A stretch of 64,000 bases of DNA from Octopus sinensis (lineage: Eukaryota), in NCBI RefSeq assembly GCF_006345805.1, contig NC_043011.1, forward strand, positions 20,348,464 through 20,412,463, read 5' to 3'. This document shows positions 12,638 through 24,930 of this stretch, one piece after another; the first letter of the stretch is position 1, and each line of letters starts with the position of its first letter. A program made the position numbers and the translations under genes. The notes beneath the pieces are model-generated. The model saw only the letters and a program-made list of their open reading frames with translations. It was not told the origin of the DNA and searched no databases.

Positions 12638-13630
12638 CGTTGTGCTTATTGTCCTGTATCTCTCTCTTTTTTTTGCTTGTCTTGTTCCTTGTTTGTGTCT
12701 ATGTGTTCGACGTCTTTTTGGTGTCCTGTACACATATATGCGTGTATATGTACATGTAGAGGTAGGTACGTACATATATGTTTATATATATGCATATGTT
12801 CTATTTTATTACATATTATACGACTAAACGCACGCACCTATTAAGTAAGATTGTTCTGTTTATCAAGTTAGCCTTGATATTAACTCTCACGCGACTCTGC
12901 ATCTTTCTTTCTTCTCTCCCATTCCCTTCTTCTCTCTCTTCTCCTTCTCCTCCTCCCCCATTCCCGTCGTCCATCTGCGACGATACTTCCGTCGTAACTG
13001 CTATCCTGTCTTTTCTCGCCCGCCTTGTAAGGCTACTGGTCGACTACATTTGCTCTCTCTCGTCGTCCACGATAATCCAGCGTTGTTGCAATACTTTTTT
13101 CGTCTGGCGTTAACAGCCCTTCTTATCTTGTTCTCCTTGTCCTGTCTCTCACTGTATATATTTATTTTCCACTGTTTATATATATATTTTTTACTGTTTA
13201 TATGTTTGTACTGTCGTTACCGTCTTGTTTTTTTTTTTACCCCTCTGCGAAAAGATCTCAGAATTTTAATTGATTTGCTTTTCGCGGGAAGGAATTTTTC
13301 TTCGAAGTATACGTCTCGCTTTATCCTTCGAAACGTTTAGTAGATGAAATCTTAGCGACTGAAGAAAGGGGTTTTTTCGTTGTGCTTATGTCCTGTATCT
13401 CTCTCTTTTTTTGCTTGTCTTGTTCCTTGGTTTGTGTCTATGTGTTCGAGTCTTTTTGGTGTCCTGTACACATATATGCGTGTATATGTACATGTAGAGG
13501 TGGGTACGTACATATATGTTTATATATATGCATATGTTCTATTTTATTAACATATATTATATATATATATATATATATTATACACGGGGCTTCTTTCAGT
13601 TTCCATCTACCAAATCCACTCAGAATGCTT
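12355..13630 (-). mobile_element. SINE family A split at its internal (AT)n by a 930-bp insertion
   Basis: 3' half at 12355-12630; 5' part GGGCTTCTTTCAGTTTCCATCTACCAAATCCACTC resumes at 13583-13630. Confidence 0.8.
12634..13560 (+). mobile_element. ~930-bp element bounded by ~187-bp direct repeats (pseudo-LTR-like), inserted in (AT)n
   Basis: 12634-12820 and 13374-13560 are nearly identical (TTTTCGTTGTGCTTAT...CTATTTTATT(A)ACATAT); no TG..CA ends, PBS or PPT. Confidence 0.75.
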
Positions 13631-14781
13631 GTCAGCCTTACTGACCAAAGACAATAAAAAAATTTTAATTTTGTTACACAGTGTAATAGACTGTTGAATC
13701 AGCAGCGAATGCTTCACTTTCACTGTAGTGCATAGTATTGACATCTCATTAACCTGAAAGAGTAAATCTTTTTTCACGATTTTATATCACTTTGTTGCTG
13801 CTTTATGAAGTCAATAATTTGAAGAATGTGTTTTGTCCACGACGAACAGCTTATAAGTTTTAGATATTAATCCAGATCAATCCGGATTTAAGTGCTTGCC
13901 AGCTGGCTCGTCAACATCTAGAAACCATTCACTATCAAGTTAGAGAATGTTCGTTTATTTAATGTTAAACATTAAATATGTGAAACTATCTTTCGTAAAC
14001 ATTCATCCAGCTTAGACTATAAATTAAATCTTAAGAATTGCGAATTATGTAGAAAGACAGCAAGGCGATAAAAACGAAAGTGAAAGAAAGAAAGAAAGAA
14101 AAATAGATAGAGAGAAAGAAAGAAAATAGATAGAAAGAAAGAAAGAAAGAAGTGATAGATAGAAAAAAAGAGATGGAATATCTAAAGAGACAGAGCAAAC
14201 CTGTAAACTAACATACAGTGATAAATTGATTTTCGATGCTTCAAGGAAAACACCTGCCTTTGTAAAACGAGTTTGCATTTATTTATGTATTTCATTGTAT
14301 TTTATTTATATTATATTATATTATATTTAATTTTATTTAATCTATATACAATGTTTTTCGGCAATGATAATTCGGCAGAAGAAACTCACACACTGATATC
14401 GTTATAACATCACCTAAAACGGAATTTCACACTGATCATTCTATTTATTGGTTGAAGCTGAACCTGAAAAATTATTGTAGCTATGGAAATAATGATGCCT
14501 ATAAGTGCATATGGAAGACTATCACCTGCATATGCCATTTACATCTCAAGAATACAGAATAGAAATTCTTTGAATGTTTCTTTTCATTTTTAGTCCATAT
14601 TTTTTTTAATAAATAAATAATATGATTAAATATAAAGAAAAATGTTAAGTAGCACCGCCGTCGTTTTTCATTTTTCCCACACAATTCTACTACAACTGCT
14701 GCTTATATATCGATGCGCATATGCAAATAAAGAAAGTCAGTTGTTTGGCAAAACGTATCCATCAACGGGTGACCCGTCCTC

Positions 14782-15347
14782 GGATCTTTTCGGTTTGAGC
14801 GGCAGTTTTTAACATAACTTGCTCTGTCTCTTTATATATTACATCTCTTTTTTTCTACCTATCACTTCTTTCTTTGTTTCTTTGTTTCTTTCTTTCTATC
14901 TATTTTCTTTCTTTCTCTCTTTCTTTCTTTTTTTCTTTCACTTTCGTTTTTATCGCCTTGCTGTCTTTCTACATAATTTTAAACTTCGTATACTGGTAGA
15001 ATGAGTTTATAAAACATCTTTTTCTCTTGGCTTTATTGAGAAAATTCTATAGTTTGTAATATATTTGTTGTTTTTTTTTCTTCAATTTCTGCAATTTCAA
15101 CCAATCAGTGACGTCTATTGAGGTAAAAAAAACACTCTGTGCCGTATGAATATGTCCCTCGTTTAAGAAACAGATTGGGTTATTTACATTTGTGAAGAAA
15201 AAAAAGATACCCTTCCCCCCACCCCTAACCCTAACCCTAACCCTAAAACAGATTGAAATGCAATAGATCGATACTGGGGTCATAATTATGGGTGACAATT
15301 TCATATGACTCCGCTAGAAAAAACTGCCGTTCAAACCGAAAAGATCC
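14782..15347 (-). mobile_element. Merlin-like MITE copy 3, carrying a 160-bp templated insertion
   Basis: TIRs; 8-bp TSD CCGTCCTC (14774-14781) / CAGTCCTC (15348-15355); (CCCTAA)3-4 near 15225-15245. Confidence 0.9.
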
Positions 15348-16119
15348 CAGTCCTCTTTACGTGAAGGAGTATCATTGGAGATTCACTGATTACATCAGTT
15401 CTTACGAACCCCGAAAGGATGGCTGGTAAAATTCACCTCAATGGAATTTGAACTCACAGTGTAAAGATCCGTAACTAAATATCTCAGATATTTTTTTTTT
15501 ATTTCCATTTCTGCTAATGCACCGACTGCCTTCTGGCTGGATCGCATTTTATTATTCTCCAACTGAAGCACAAAACCTCAAATTTGGGGAAAAAGGTTTG
15601 TTGATTGTATCGACATTAGTACATAGTTGTACTTTATTATCCTGACCCTGGAAGGGTGGGAGACAAAGTTGATCTTAGCGAAATTTGAACTCAGAGCAAA
15701 AGAGCCGTAACAAAACATCGCAAGGTATTTTGTTCGACGCTCTAATGATTCTGCCAAATTTAGAGGCAGGCGTTTGTCAATTATATTGAGCCCAGTACTT
15801 GACCGCTACTTTATTTTCTCGGCCTGAAAGAGGAGAGGTAAAATTGGTCTCGGCGGGATTTGAACTCAGAGTGAAAGAATTGTAAATACACCGCTAGGCA
15901 TTATTTGTTCGATGTTTTAGTGAGTCAGACAATCCACCCCTTGCCCTCCCACAAGAATGCATTTTATTAACCCCAGTCCTGTGATTCTGCATCTTCATAA
16001 CAATGTTCCCAATATTTTTCCTTTCCTTTTTAATTGGCGGGTCGATAGAAAACCAAACAGCCAGCCTAGAGATCGGCAGTTCATATAAAGCTACTGTCAC
16101 TGATATTGGTTTTAAATTT

Positions 16120-16320
16120 TGGCACAAGGCCAGCAACTTCATGGGAGGGGCTAAGTTGATTACATCGACCCCAGTGCTCAACTGGTACTTATTTTATCGA
16201 TCTCGAAAGGATGAAAGGTAAAGTCGATCTCGGCGGAATGTTAAATTGAAAACGTAAAGATGAATGAAATGGCGCTAAGCATTTTTTGCCCGGCGTGCTC
16301 ACGATTCTGTCAGTTCGTCA
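16120..16320 (-). mobile_element. SINE family B, decayed
   Basis: CTGGTACTTATTTTATCGATCTCGAAAGGATGAAAGGTAAAGTCGA. Confidence 0.75.
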
Positions 16321-18204
16321 CCTTATCTGCTGTCGCTGATATTGCAACATCATCGTAACCAAGATATTTAACCATTCATGGCCACATCCAACTAACTCTG
16401 CGTAGATACCACAGTGTATTATAGCTTTCGACTTTAAGCATCAAAACGGTACGATATAAATTGTTGAGCTTTTCGATTCGAGTCAATAAAGAGACATCTA
16501 CATGGGCATTTGTCCTGCTAGAAATAGTAGCCGAATCTTGCTCAAATTATACACCTTAGTATCTTAAAGAAGGACGGACATATTAGGTCGTGTAGTTCTT
16601 GATATACAGAATCATCAATAAAACAGAATCATCACGACTCCACCAGCCATTCACACATACATACATACATACATAACAATACCTGTCTGTCTGTTTTTGT
16701 CTGTCAATCACTCACTAGAAAGAAATTTTAAAAATCAGTTATCTCTCTCTCTCCCTCCCTCTCTTTACACCGTCGCTAGAAGGGGACTTAACTTATATTT
16801 CGTAAATAATAATGGCGTCACTACGGTGGATTTCTTCGCCGGGAAAATTGAAGTTATGGCTCAAAATTATTTACCGCTATTCGCGGGTGCCTCGGGGGAA
16901 AATAATTTGACGAAAATACAGCTAAGATCGTGACGAATGTCCTCCTAAAATTTGAGCGACATGCGTGCTAATTTGTGGATGTGCATAAACTACAATCACG
17001 TGCACACACACACATCCTGCCTTATATATATACAGATTCCATGTTATAGTCCTTACCATATACTATAACAGTTTCTTATAATTGCACAACAATGAAATAC
17101 TTTAGTTGAAAGAAAATAAGACAATTTTATATTTGGTACAATTGACGTAACTAAATTAAAATCACTTTTTTTTATTCATCTTTCCATTTCTTCAACAACA
17201 CCCAAAAAATATGGAAGGATACTGTAATCAACATTCTTTGACAGTCGCTGGATTAAACTTGTAATTTTAAGAAAGTTTTTACTGATATGTCGGTAGAAAG
17301 TAGCGTTGTTGATGTTTGGGTAACCTTTATATTTCTAGAAAAAGTGAAGACAGACGCATCAAAAAACCACATTTTTATAAACTACATATTTATTAAAAAA
17401 ATATTATTTAAATTAGAATTTATAAGAATTTGCTATACAGTATAGACTTTAATAATTGTTTTCTTTTAATAAAAGTTACATTCTCCAAACCAATTAACAA
17501 GCAGCTTTCGTTGTTATACTATAGATTATTAATAATTTATTATCCTTATTATTATCGTCAACTTCATCGTCATCATCATCGTCATCATGTCTTCCACAGC
17601 GTTATGCGTGTTTCTACTGCATCACGTGATTCTGATGTGCATGCAGCATTGTTTTGGGGGAATGTAGACTTGTGTTTGTATACTTCATTCATTAGATCGC
17701 AACCAACCTGGAGCTCCCCCTTGAAAGGGTTAATCGAACAAATCTATCGCAGGACTCATTTACTTTTCTTAAGCCTGATACTTATTCTGTCAGTCATTAT
17801 CAGCTTAAGTTACTATGCTGTATACAAACCAACACCGGTTGGCAAGCGGTGGGGGACAAACAGAAACACAAAGATATAAACACATAAATATATATGTGCA
17901 TATATATATAATGTCTTGTTGTTGAGATAGGTTCTCTTTCTTTCCTGATGAGAAGATTGCATTTTACACCGTTTATTCCATTGGAATAAAACCAATGTTG
18001 CGTTCAACTCCATTTATTTACTTATACTACACAATTTGCTGCACATTAACCCGGAATTCCTACCTTTGAATAGGTCGCTACATCCTTGTTACTTGCGTGA
18101 ATTTTGCTACCCTGGTAATTGTTTATTGAAGTTTCCATGTTAACAGTAAACAAAGGATAATTCATTCATCCATTTATATATATATATATAAACACACACA
18201 CATG

Positions 18205-18269
<65 letters not shown>

Positions 18270-18274
<5 letters not shown>

Positions 18275-18540
18275 AAGGGTGAAAAGGAACACACGAGTTG
18301 ATATATATGAAAAAACAAGTCAAAATAGAAAATGCTAAAATAATTTTATAAAGAACATTTCAGTACCGGTTTCGGTCATTTTTATAAAGAACATTTCAGT
18401 ACCGGTTTCGGTCATATTTAATCGTTACAGTTGAAAAGGTCTCAAAATGACCGAAACCGGTACTGAAATGTTCTTTATAAAATTATTTTAGCATTTTCTA
18501 TTTTGACTTGTTTTTTCATGTTCCTTTTCACCCTTATACA
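18270..18540. mobile_element. Fold-back element embedded in (AT)n, containing a hammerhead motif
   Basis: Left arm is the reverse complement of 18447-18540; 36-bp tandem duplication at 18344-18379 / 18380-18415. Confidence 0.85.
18428..18465 (+). ncRNA. Minimal type-I hammerhead ribozyme, U3-A8 core variant
   Basis: CAG-TTGAAAA-GGTC(TCAAAAT)GACC-GAA-ACCGGT-A-CTG: helix I CAG/CTG, helix II 4 bp, palindromic helix III ACCGGT, GUA triplet. Confidence 0.7.
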
Positions 18541-19212
18541 TATATATATATAACGGACGTCTTTCAATTTCTGTCTACCAAATCCTCTCACAAAACTTTG
18601 ATTGGTCAGGGTCTATAGTAGAAGCCACACTAGGAGTGAACCCAGACCCACATGTTTGGGAAACAAGCTCCTTAACCACACGACCACGCCTGCACCAACA
18701 TAAATTTTGCTTTGTATATTCAGCCCAAGTGACATTTCGTTTTCTTTTCAAGACCCCTCACCCCTATTTTAAAAACCAGTTTACCCATTTTCTAGAAAAG
18801 AGTAAAATGGCTTCGCTTATTACTTTCTCCGCCTAACATGCAGTCAGAACAAGTACGTTGTATAAATGAATGAGTGAATGCAGCTTCGAGTCAGCTTATT
18901 AGCAAGGACACTTCTGAACGACTTCAGGTCATACAATGTCGATGTAAGCTTCCAGGGCGCACACACTTGATTCTCTTGACTGACTAACAGATGTATACAT
19001 AGTGCTATCTGTGAGAATCGAGCAGAGTGGCAGTAGTGCTTCGGAAACTTCTGCGCCTTCAGATCACGGTGATCTTCGTGGCACACGGATGCATATTTGA
19101 TAGCACTGGTTGTAAGCAATAGTGATGCACCATTCACACTAGTGACCTCTACGACCCGACTTGCGACGTCTAGAAGAATTCTAAGAAATGTTTCGCACAT
19201 TAGAGTGAATGC

Positions 19213-19430
19213 CTATTTCTTTACTAACCTCAAGGGGACAAACAAGGACAGTCAAACGGATCAAGTCGATATCATCGACCCCAGTGCGTAACTGGTACTT
19301 AGTTTATCGACTCCGAAAAGATGAAAGGCAAAGTCGACCTCGGCGGAATTTGAACTCAGAACGTAACGGCAGACGAAATACTGCTAAGCATTTCGCCCGG
19401 CGTGCTAACGATTATGCCAGCTCGCCGCCT
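19213..19430 (-). mobile_element. SINE family B
   Basis: Full head and body; TSD ATTAGAGTGAAT on both sides. Confidence 0.88.
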
Positions 19431-19770
19431 TATTAGAGTGAATACCTCTTAGGTACACACTGTCGTTGTGTGACAAGATGGTACAATAACCCACAAAGAT
19501 TATCTGACAGTTTTTCATTTCTGAGAATTATCATTTCAATTTCCACTCATGTGTGTGACTTCCAACTAGAGTGTATCGTAGGCAGTAGTCAGAGACGTCA
19601 CAAAGTTCTAAATTTAGATTATGGAATTGCAAAAATTTGTAAGTCCATTTTCCAGAAAATACGAATGTGAAGAGAAGGTTACACGTGAGGTTGGCGTTGC
19701 TTTAGCGTAGGTAAATAAGATAGAAAGATTACAGAAAATTTACTGATAGCTAAACCGCATCAGTAGATAT

Positions 19771-20034
19771 TGTTGTTTGTTTGTTCCTTCTCGAGCCAAG
19801 CTTGGCTCATAAGGGGAGCTTGGCGTCGCAGGGGAGCTGCAAGATGCAAGAGGAAAGAGTGAGAGAAAGTTGTGGCGAAAGAGTTAGCAGAAGTTTTGCC
19901 ATTACCTTCTGCTGGAGTCACGTGGAGCTTAGGTGTTTCGCTCATAAACAGACACATCGCCCGGTCTGAGATTCGAACAACGCGATCCCTCGACCGCGAG
20001 TCCGCTGCTCTAACCACTAGGCCATGTGCCACCA
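19771..20034 (-). mobile_element. SINE family D
   Basis: 13-bp TSD CATCAGTAGATAT at 19758-19770 and 20035-20047. Confidence 0.9.
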
Positions 20035-20311
20035 CATCAGTAGATATGGATAACAGAGGGCGGCAACAGTATGGAACGACTGGATACTCAGGCAATGCTG
20101 ACGTGGAAAATGGTTTTCAACAATCATTTGACGGGAAGCAAGTAAGTCACATTGTCTAAAATAAGGTAAGTGCTCTTAGACGCAAAGGATCGAAAACCAA
20201 TCGATGTGCGGCGTACCAATAAAGCCCCACTTCGATCTCTTGATGTACAACAATGGGTGTGGAAAATTCAGCTGCTATATCTAGCATGCCAAGCGACAAA
20301 ATACAGGTTTC

Positions 20312-20744
20312 GGATCTTTTCGGTTTGAATGGCAATTTTTTAAAATAATTTCCACGTAACTTAACACTTTTAAACTTCGTATAATGGTAGAATGTTTTTA
20401 TAAAACATCTTTTTCTCTTGGCTTTATTGAAGAAATTCTATAGTTTGTAAGATATTTGTTGTTTTTTTCTTCAATTTCTGCAATTTCAACCAATCAATGA
20501 CGTTTATTGAGGTGAAAACATTCTGTGCCGTATGAATATGTCCCTCATTTAAGAAACAGATTGGGTTTATTTACATTTCTGAAGAAAAAAGATACCCTTC
20601 CCCCCACCCCTAACCCCAACCCTAACTAACCCTAACCCTAAAACAGATTGAAATGCAATAGATCGATACTAGAGTCATAATTATGGGTGACAATTTCATA
20701 TGACACCGCTAGAAAAAAAACTGCCGTTCAAACCGAAAAGATCC
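20312..20744 (-). mobile_element. Merlin-like MITE copy 4
   Basis: TIRs; 8-bp TSD CAGGTTTC (20304-20311) / CAGGTTCC (20745-20752). Confidence 0.9.
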
Positions 20745-21512
20745 CAGGTTCCCATGCAAGCTGATTACTAAACCTAAAGTATACGAACTTTTGATTCTAC
20801 TTGAATTCTTTTCAATTCCGTAATTCAAATTTAGAACTTTGTGACGACTCTGACTACTGTTTACGATACAATCTGGTTGTAAGTCACACACGTGAGTGGA
20901 AATTCAAATGATAACGTCAGTTGTGTTTGGGTCCACTTTTACTGGAAAATATAAAGATTCATACAGCTTTCATCTAAGATTAATATGAATTTAATATGAA
21001 TATATGATATTCAATTTATGAATTTTAGAGAGCGGAAATTGAAAACTGGCCCTATTATTGGCATTAGGCCCCTCTTTTAGTTCATTAATTTACAATTTTA
21101 ACGCGAAAAAAAAAAATTTCAAGGGAGATAACTGCTGACCAAATTTTTAAAGTTATTTCCCTTGCTGTTAGTGTTTCTCAAACTGACGCATACCTATTTG
21201 TTAAATTTTTTGAACCCTCCACTGCATGTTATGAATGATTAGATAAAACCGAGTTTGTATTCTTATTACGTTTTTTGGTGGGGTGGGGGTGCAAAAGTAT
21301 TGGACAAGTTTGAAAAGTATTTTAACATATCAATCTTATTAAACACTGTAATTTGCCTGTCTCTTTTCTGTCGTGATTATAGACTGTCCCGACAGCCTAT
21401 AATCAAGGACTGCTGCTAGACTTTACAAGAAATAGTGTTTTAAAAGACAACGTTGATCTTATTGTTGTTGCTGTTGTTGGAACTTTTATTCGTTTAAACG
21501 CAACAATCAATA

Positions 21513-21922
21513 GGCGCAGGAGTGGCTGTGTGGTAAGTAGCTTGCTAACCAACCACATGGTTCCGGGTTCAGTCCCACTGCGTAGCATCTTGGACAAGTG
21601 TCTTCTGCTATAGCCCCGGGCCGACCAATGCCTTGTGAGTGGATTTGGTAGACGGAAACTGAAAGAAGCCTGTCGTATATATGTATATGTATATATATGT
21701 GTGTGTGTTTGTGTGTTTGTGTGTCTGTGTTTGTCCCATTAGCATTGCTTGACAACCGATGCTGGTGTGTTTACGTCCCCGTCACTTAGCGGTTCGGCAA
21801 AAGAGACCGATAAAATAAGTACTGGGCTTACAAAGAATAAGTCCCGGGGTCGATTTGCTCGACTAAAGGCGGTGCTCCAGCATGGCCTCAGTCAATTGAT
21901 TGAAACAAGTAAAAGAGTAAAA
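21513..21922 (+). mobile_element. SINE family A, full length
   Basis: Head GGCGCAGGAGTGGC to tail GAAACAAGTAAAAGAGT. Confidence 0.9.
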
Positions 21923-22289
21923 TAGTAATCAAATAGACTTAAATTCAAAGACACTGAACCTATGATTGTCTCATCTTTTGTTCAGACTAAGTACACCAAG
22001 GTGTACATCATCAAATTTGTCCTTCGTTTCTTATATTTTTGAAGACGGATATGTGACTGTTATGGTTAGTCGGTCGAATAATGTGAAAAGATACCATCAC
22101 TGTACATTAGCTGTGTGAAGGAATAAACATAATCAAATATAAATGAAATAAAATATTTTTAAAATGTATACTTATTTATATAGATATAATATATACATAT
22201 CTATGTCATAACGCGTCGCGGCAATTGAGCTCACGACCTTACGATCGTGAGCCGAATGCCCTAACCATTAAGCCACGCGCCTTCACACA

Positions 22290-22300
22290 CACACACTCTC

Positions 22301-22372
<72 letters not shown>

Positions 22373-22385
22373 TATACATATATAT

Positions 22386-22442
<57 letters not shown>

Positions 22443-22449
22443 CATATAT

Positions 22450-22505
<56 letters not shown>

Positions 22506-22692
22506 TCTTTCTCCTTGTTTCTTTCTGTGTTCCTTTCTGTGGAAGACCGTAGGCTCGAAACCTTAAAGACTTTTTCACTTCCCAAGCGTTAAACTAATAC
22601 ATCTGTTTGTTGTCAACACCAGCTGTCTTCAACTTTTGTTTTTTTTGTGTGTGTGTGAATTCTCCCCATATATATATGTATATATAAGTATG

Positions 22693-22746
<54 letters not shown>

Positions 22747-22748
22747 CG

Positions 22749-22780
<32 letters not shown>

Positions 22781-22941
22781 TACACAAACACACAAATACG
22801 TAATACATAGATACACACACACACACGCACACATATATGTGTGTATATATAAAGTTAATTCAAACATGAAAACACAAAGAGAAAACACAACAACGCGAGG
22901 ACGTGGAACAAGTATAGTGTTATTGGATGCTCAGGAAGAAG

Positions 22942-23005
<64 letters not shown>
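22290..23005. repeat. (AT)n/(GT)n microsatellite cluster interrupted by short inserts (family F copy at 22503-22668)
   Basis: Direct inspection; the family F copy matches 36101-36294. Confidence 0.85.
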
Positions 23006-23008
<3 letters not shown>

Positions 23009-24279
23009 AAGGATCGAGTGAACAATAGACATAAGAAATATAAGTATTATACTGTTATGCTATTAATAAAAATGCTATTTCTAAGGATTCACAAACTGTT
23101 TCGGCTTTAGACGATCGAATAATTTATAAAACATTGAAGCAGTCGCTCTTTTATAACCGTATGTCTGTTGTCTTGTGGTGGCTTGCGAGGGTGAATGATT
23201 GAACGCATGCGTATTCGAATAAATAAGCGAAGACTGATTGTATTCTTTTGATTCTGTATCAATAATCATTTTAGCCATTTTGAAATGTGGCGCGAATTGG
23301 CAATATGACGTAATGTCGTATTGCGGAAGAAATATCATTTTTGGGTTGTTTTTTTTTCCATTTGTTAATATAACTGCTCATATAAAGATTCTAGAAGTTT
23401 CGAAAAGAATATCTGTCATGAATTTCGATTCTTTTTAAGTCAAGTTGAGCAGTTATAAAAACCCTGGATTTTGGAAAATATTTCAGTGCTCGTTGGTAGT
23501 CACTCAACTCCACGTCACTCACTCTTTTGGAGACATCGGTAATTTTTATGCCATGTCCAAGTTAATCACAAATCTATTTTGATTTGTTGGTTACTGTATT
23601 AGATAGAAAGAAGAAATTAGCTAAGGAATTTATAGTCGCTTTTCTTCACGACTAAGTTATCTTTCTTACTGTAAAAAATATAAAATGTTATATTTATATA
23701 AATAAAATAATTAAAAAGAAAATGTTTTTCTTCACGTTTGTTTTTCAACTGAGCATAGATAAATATGCATTTCTGTAATCTTTGATTTATGTTTCTTATA
23801 GCGGTTTAAAGGACGCGATTAAAATATTCAACATACATTGTCGTTGATGTAGCGTTCCATGCGTATATGTCTATATGACGTTATAACTGCAGTTAGGGTT
23901 TTAGATATAATGATAACACTTGAGTATAAGAGACGTTGAATCATTATATCCTCCCTTACTCAGAGAAAAGCCCAAATAAATAATATAACGTAAGAGAAAG
24001 CTTAAGGTAGAATGATTAAACGCATGTGTATTCGAATAAATAAGCGAAGAGTGATTGTATTCTTTTGATTCCAAAGCTACTACCGCTGTGTAGTTCTGCC
24101 ATCCAGACCTGAGGATGCAACGGAAACCACGTGTAGATTTTGTTAAATGACGTCAAGAAGGCAAAATAAAAGAAGAATCGAGTTGCGATGCGTTCACTGA
24201 AGAAGAGATAGGCCTTTAATTTGCAGAACAATCGAATGCTAGACCACAATACTATAGTCAATTTACTACAGAATGTTGG

Positions 24280-24430
24280 CCTCGTGGCAAGCCCTACACC
24301 AGATGGTTGGGGAAGGTCTCTAGAAGCTCGACGTCACTGAGGAAGATGCGGAGGGGCTGGCACTTGACTGTCACTAATGGGGAGCACTGGTGGGCTTGGT
24401 CGGCTCTACGCATGATGGCGTCTCAGCCTT
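24280..24430 (+). pseudogene. Decayed 3' end of an RTE-type LINE
   Basis: PRGKPYTRW...EDAEGLALD...WGALVG resembles RPRGRPRTRW...EEAEELAQDRDRWRALV. Confidence 0.5.
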
Positions 24431-24624
24431 ATGAAAGAAGAACATGAAGCAAGCAGTAAGCATGTTGAGTATTTTTTGCCCAGTCTGACACCAAAGTGCT
24501 CGCAAGCACCTTCGAGTATAGTAGATTCAAGGCATGAGAGGAGGTTAATCTCAATCCCAAGATGACATGTTCTCATTTACATGTGGGTTTGGATTATTCT
24601 GTATTTTCTTTTTATTTTATCATG

Positions 24625-24930
24625 TTCTTTTTACTCTTTTTACTTATTCTAGCGGTCTCGATGTTACGGGGACGTAAACACACCAGCATCGATTGTCAAG
24701 CGATGTTAGGGAGACAAACACAGACACACAAACATATACACACATATACACATATACACATATATACGACGGGCTTCTTTCAGTTTCCGTCTACTAAATC
24801 CACTCACAAGGCTTTGGTCGGCCCGAGGCTATAGTAGAAGACACTTGCCCAAAGTGCCACGCAGTGGGACTGAACCCGGAACCACGTGGTTCGTAAGCAA
24901 GCTACTTACCACACAGCCACTCCAACGCCT
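24625..24930 (-). mobile_element. SINE family A (tail deleted)
   Basis: Reverse complement of the family A head and body. Confidence 0.85.

Noticed and set aside
13321-13372. Permuted hammerhead (GAAACGTT ... CTGAAGA)
   Set aside because: Helix I does not close and helix II is out of register; kept only as a half-motif note.
15225-15245. Interstitial telomere or chromosome-fusion scar
   Set aside because: Only about four units, and they lie inside the MITE at the same position in all four copies.
18844-19200. 118-aa minus-strand ORF in a more complex-looking island
   Set aside because: No recognisable domain or splice context; probably a decayed repeat.
23193-24072. 63-bp direct repeat (23193-23255 / 24010-24072) as LTRs
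   Set aside because: No TG..CA, PBS, PPT or TSD; too short and diverged.
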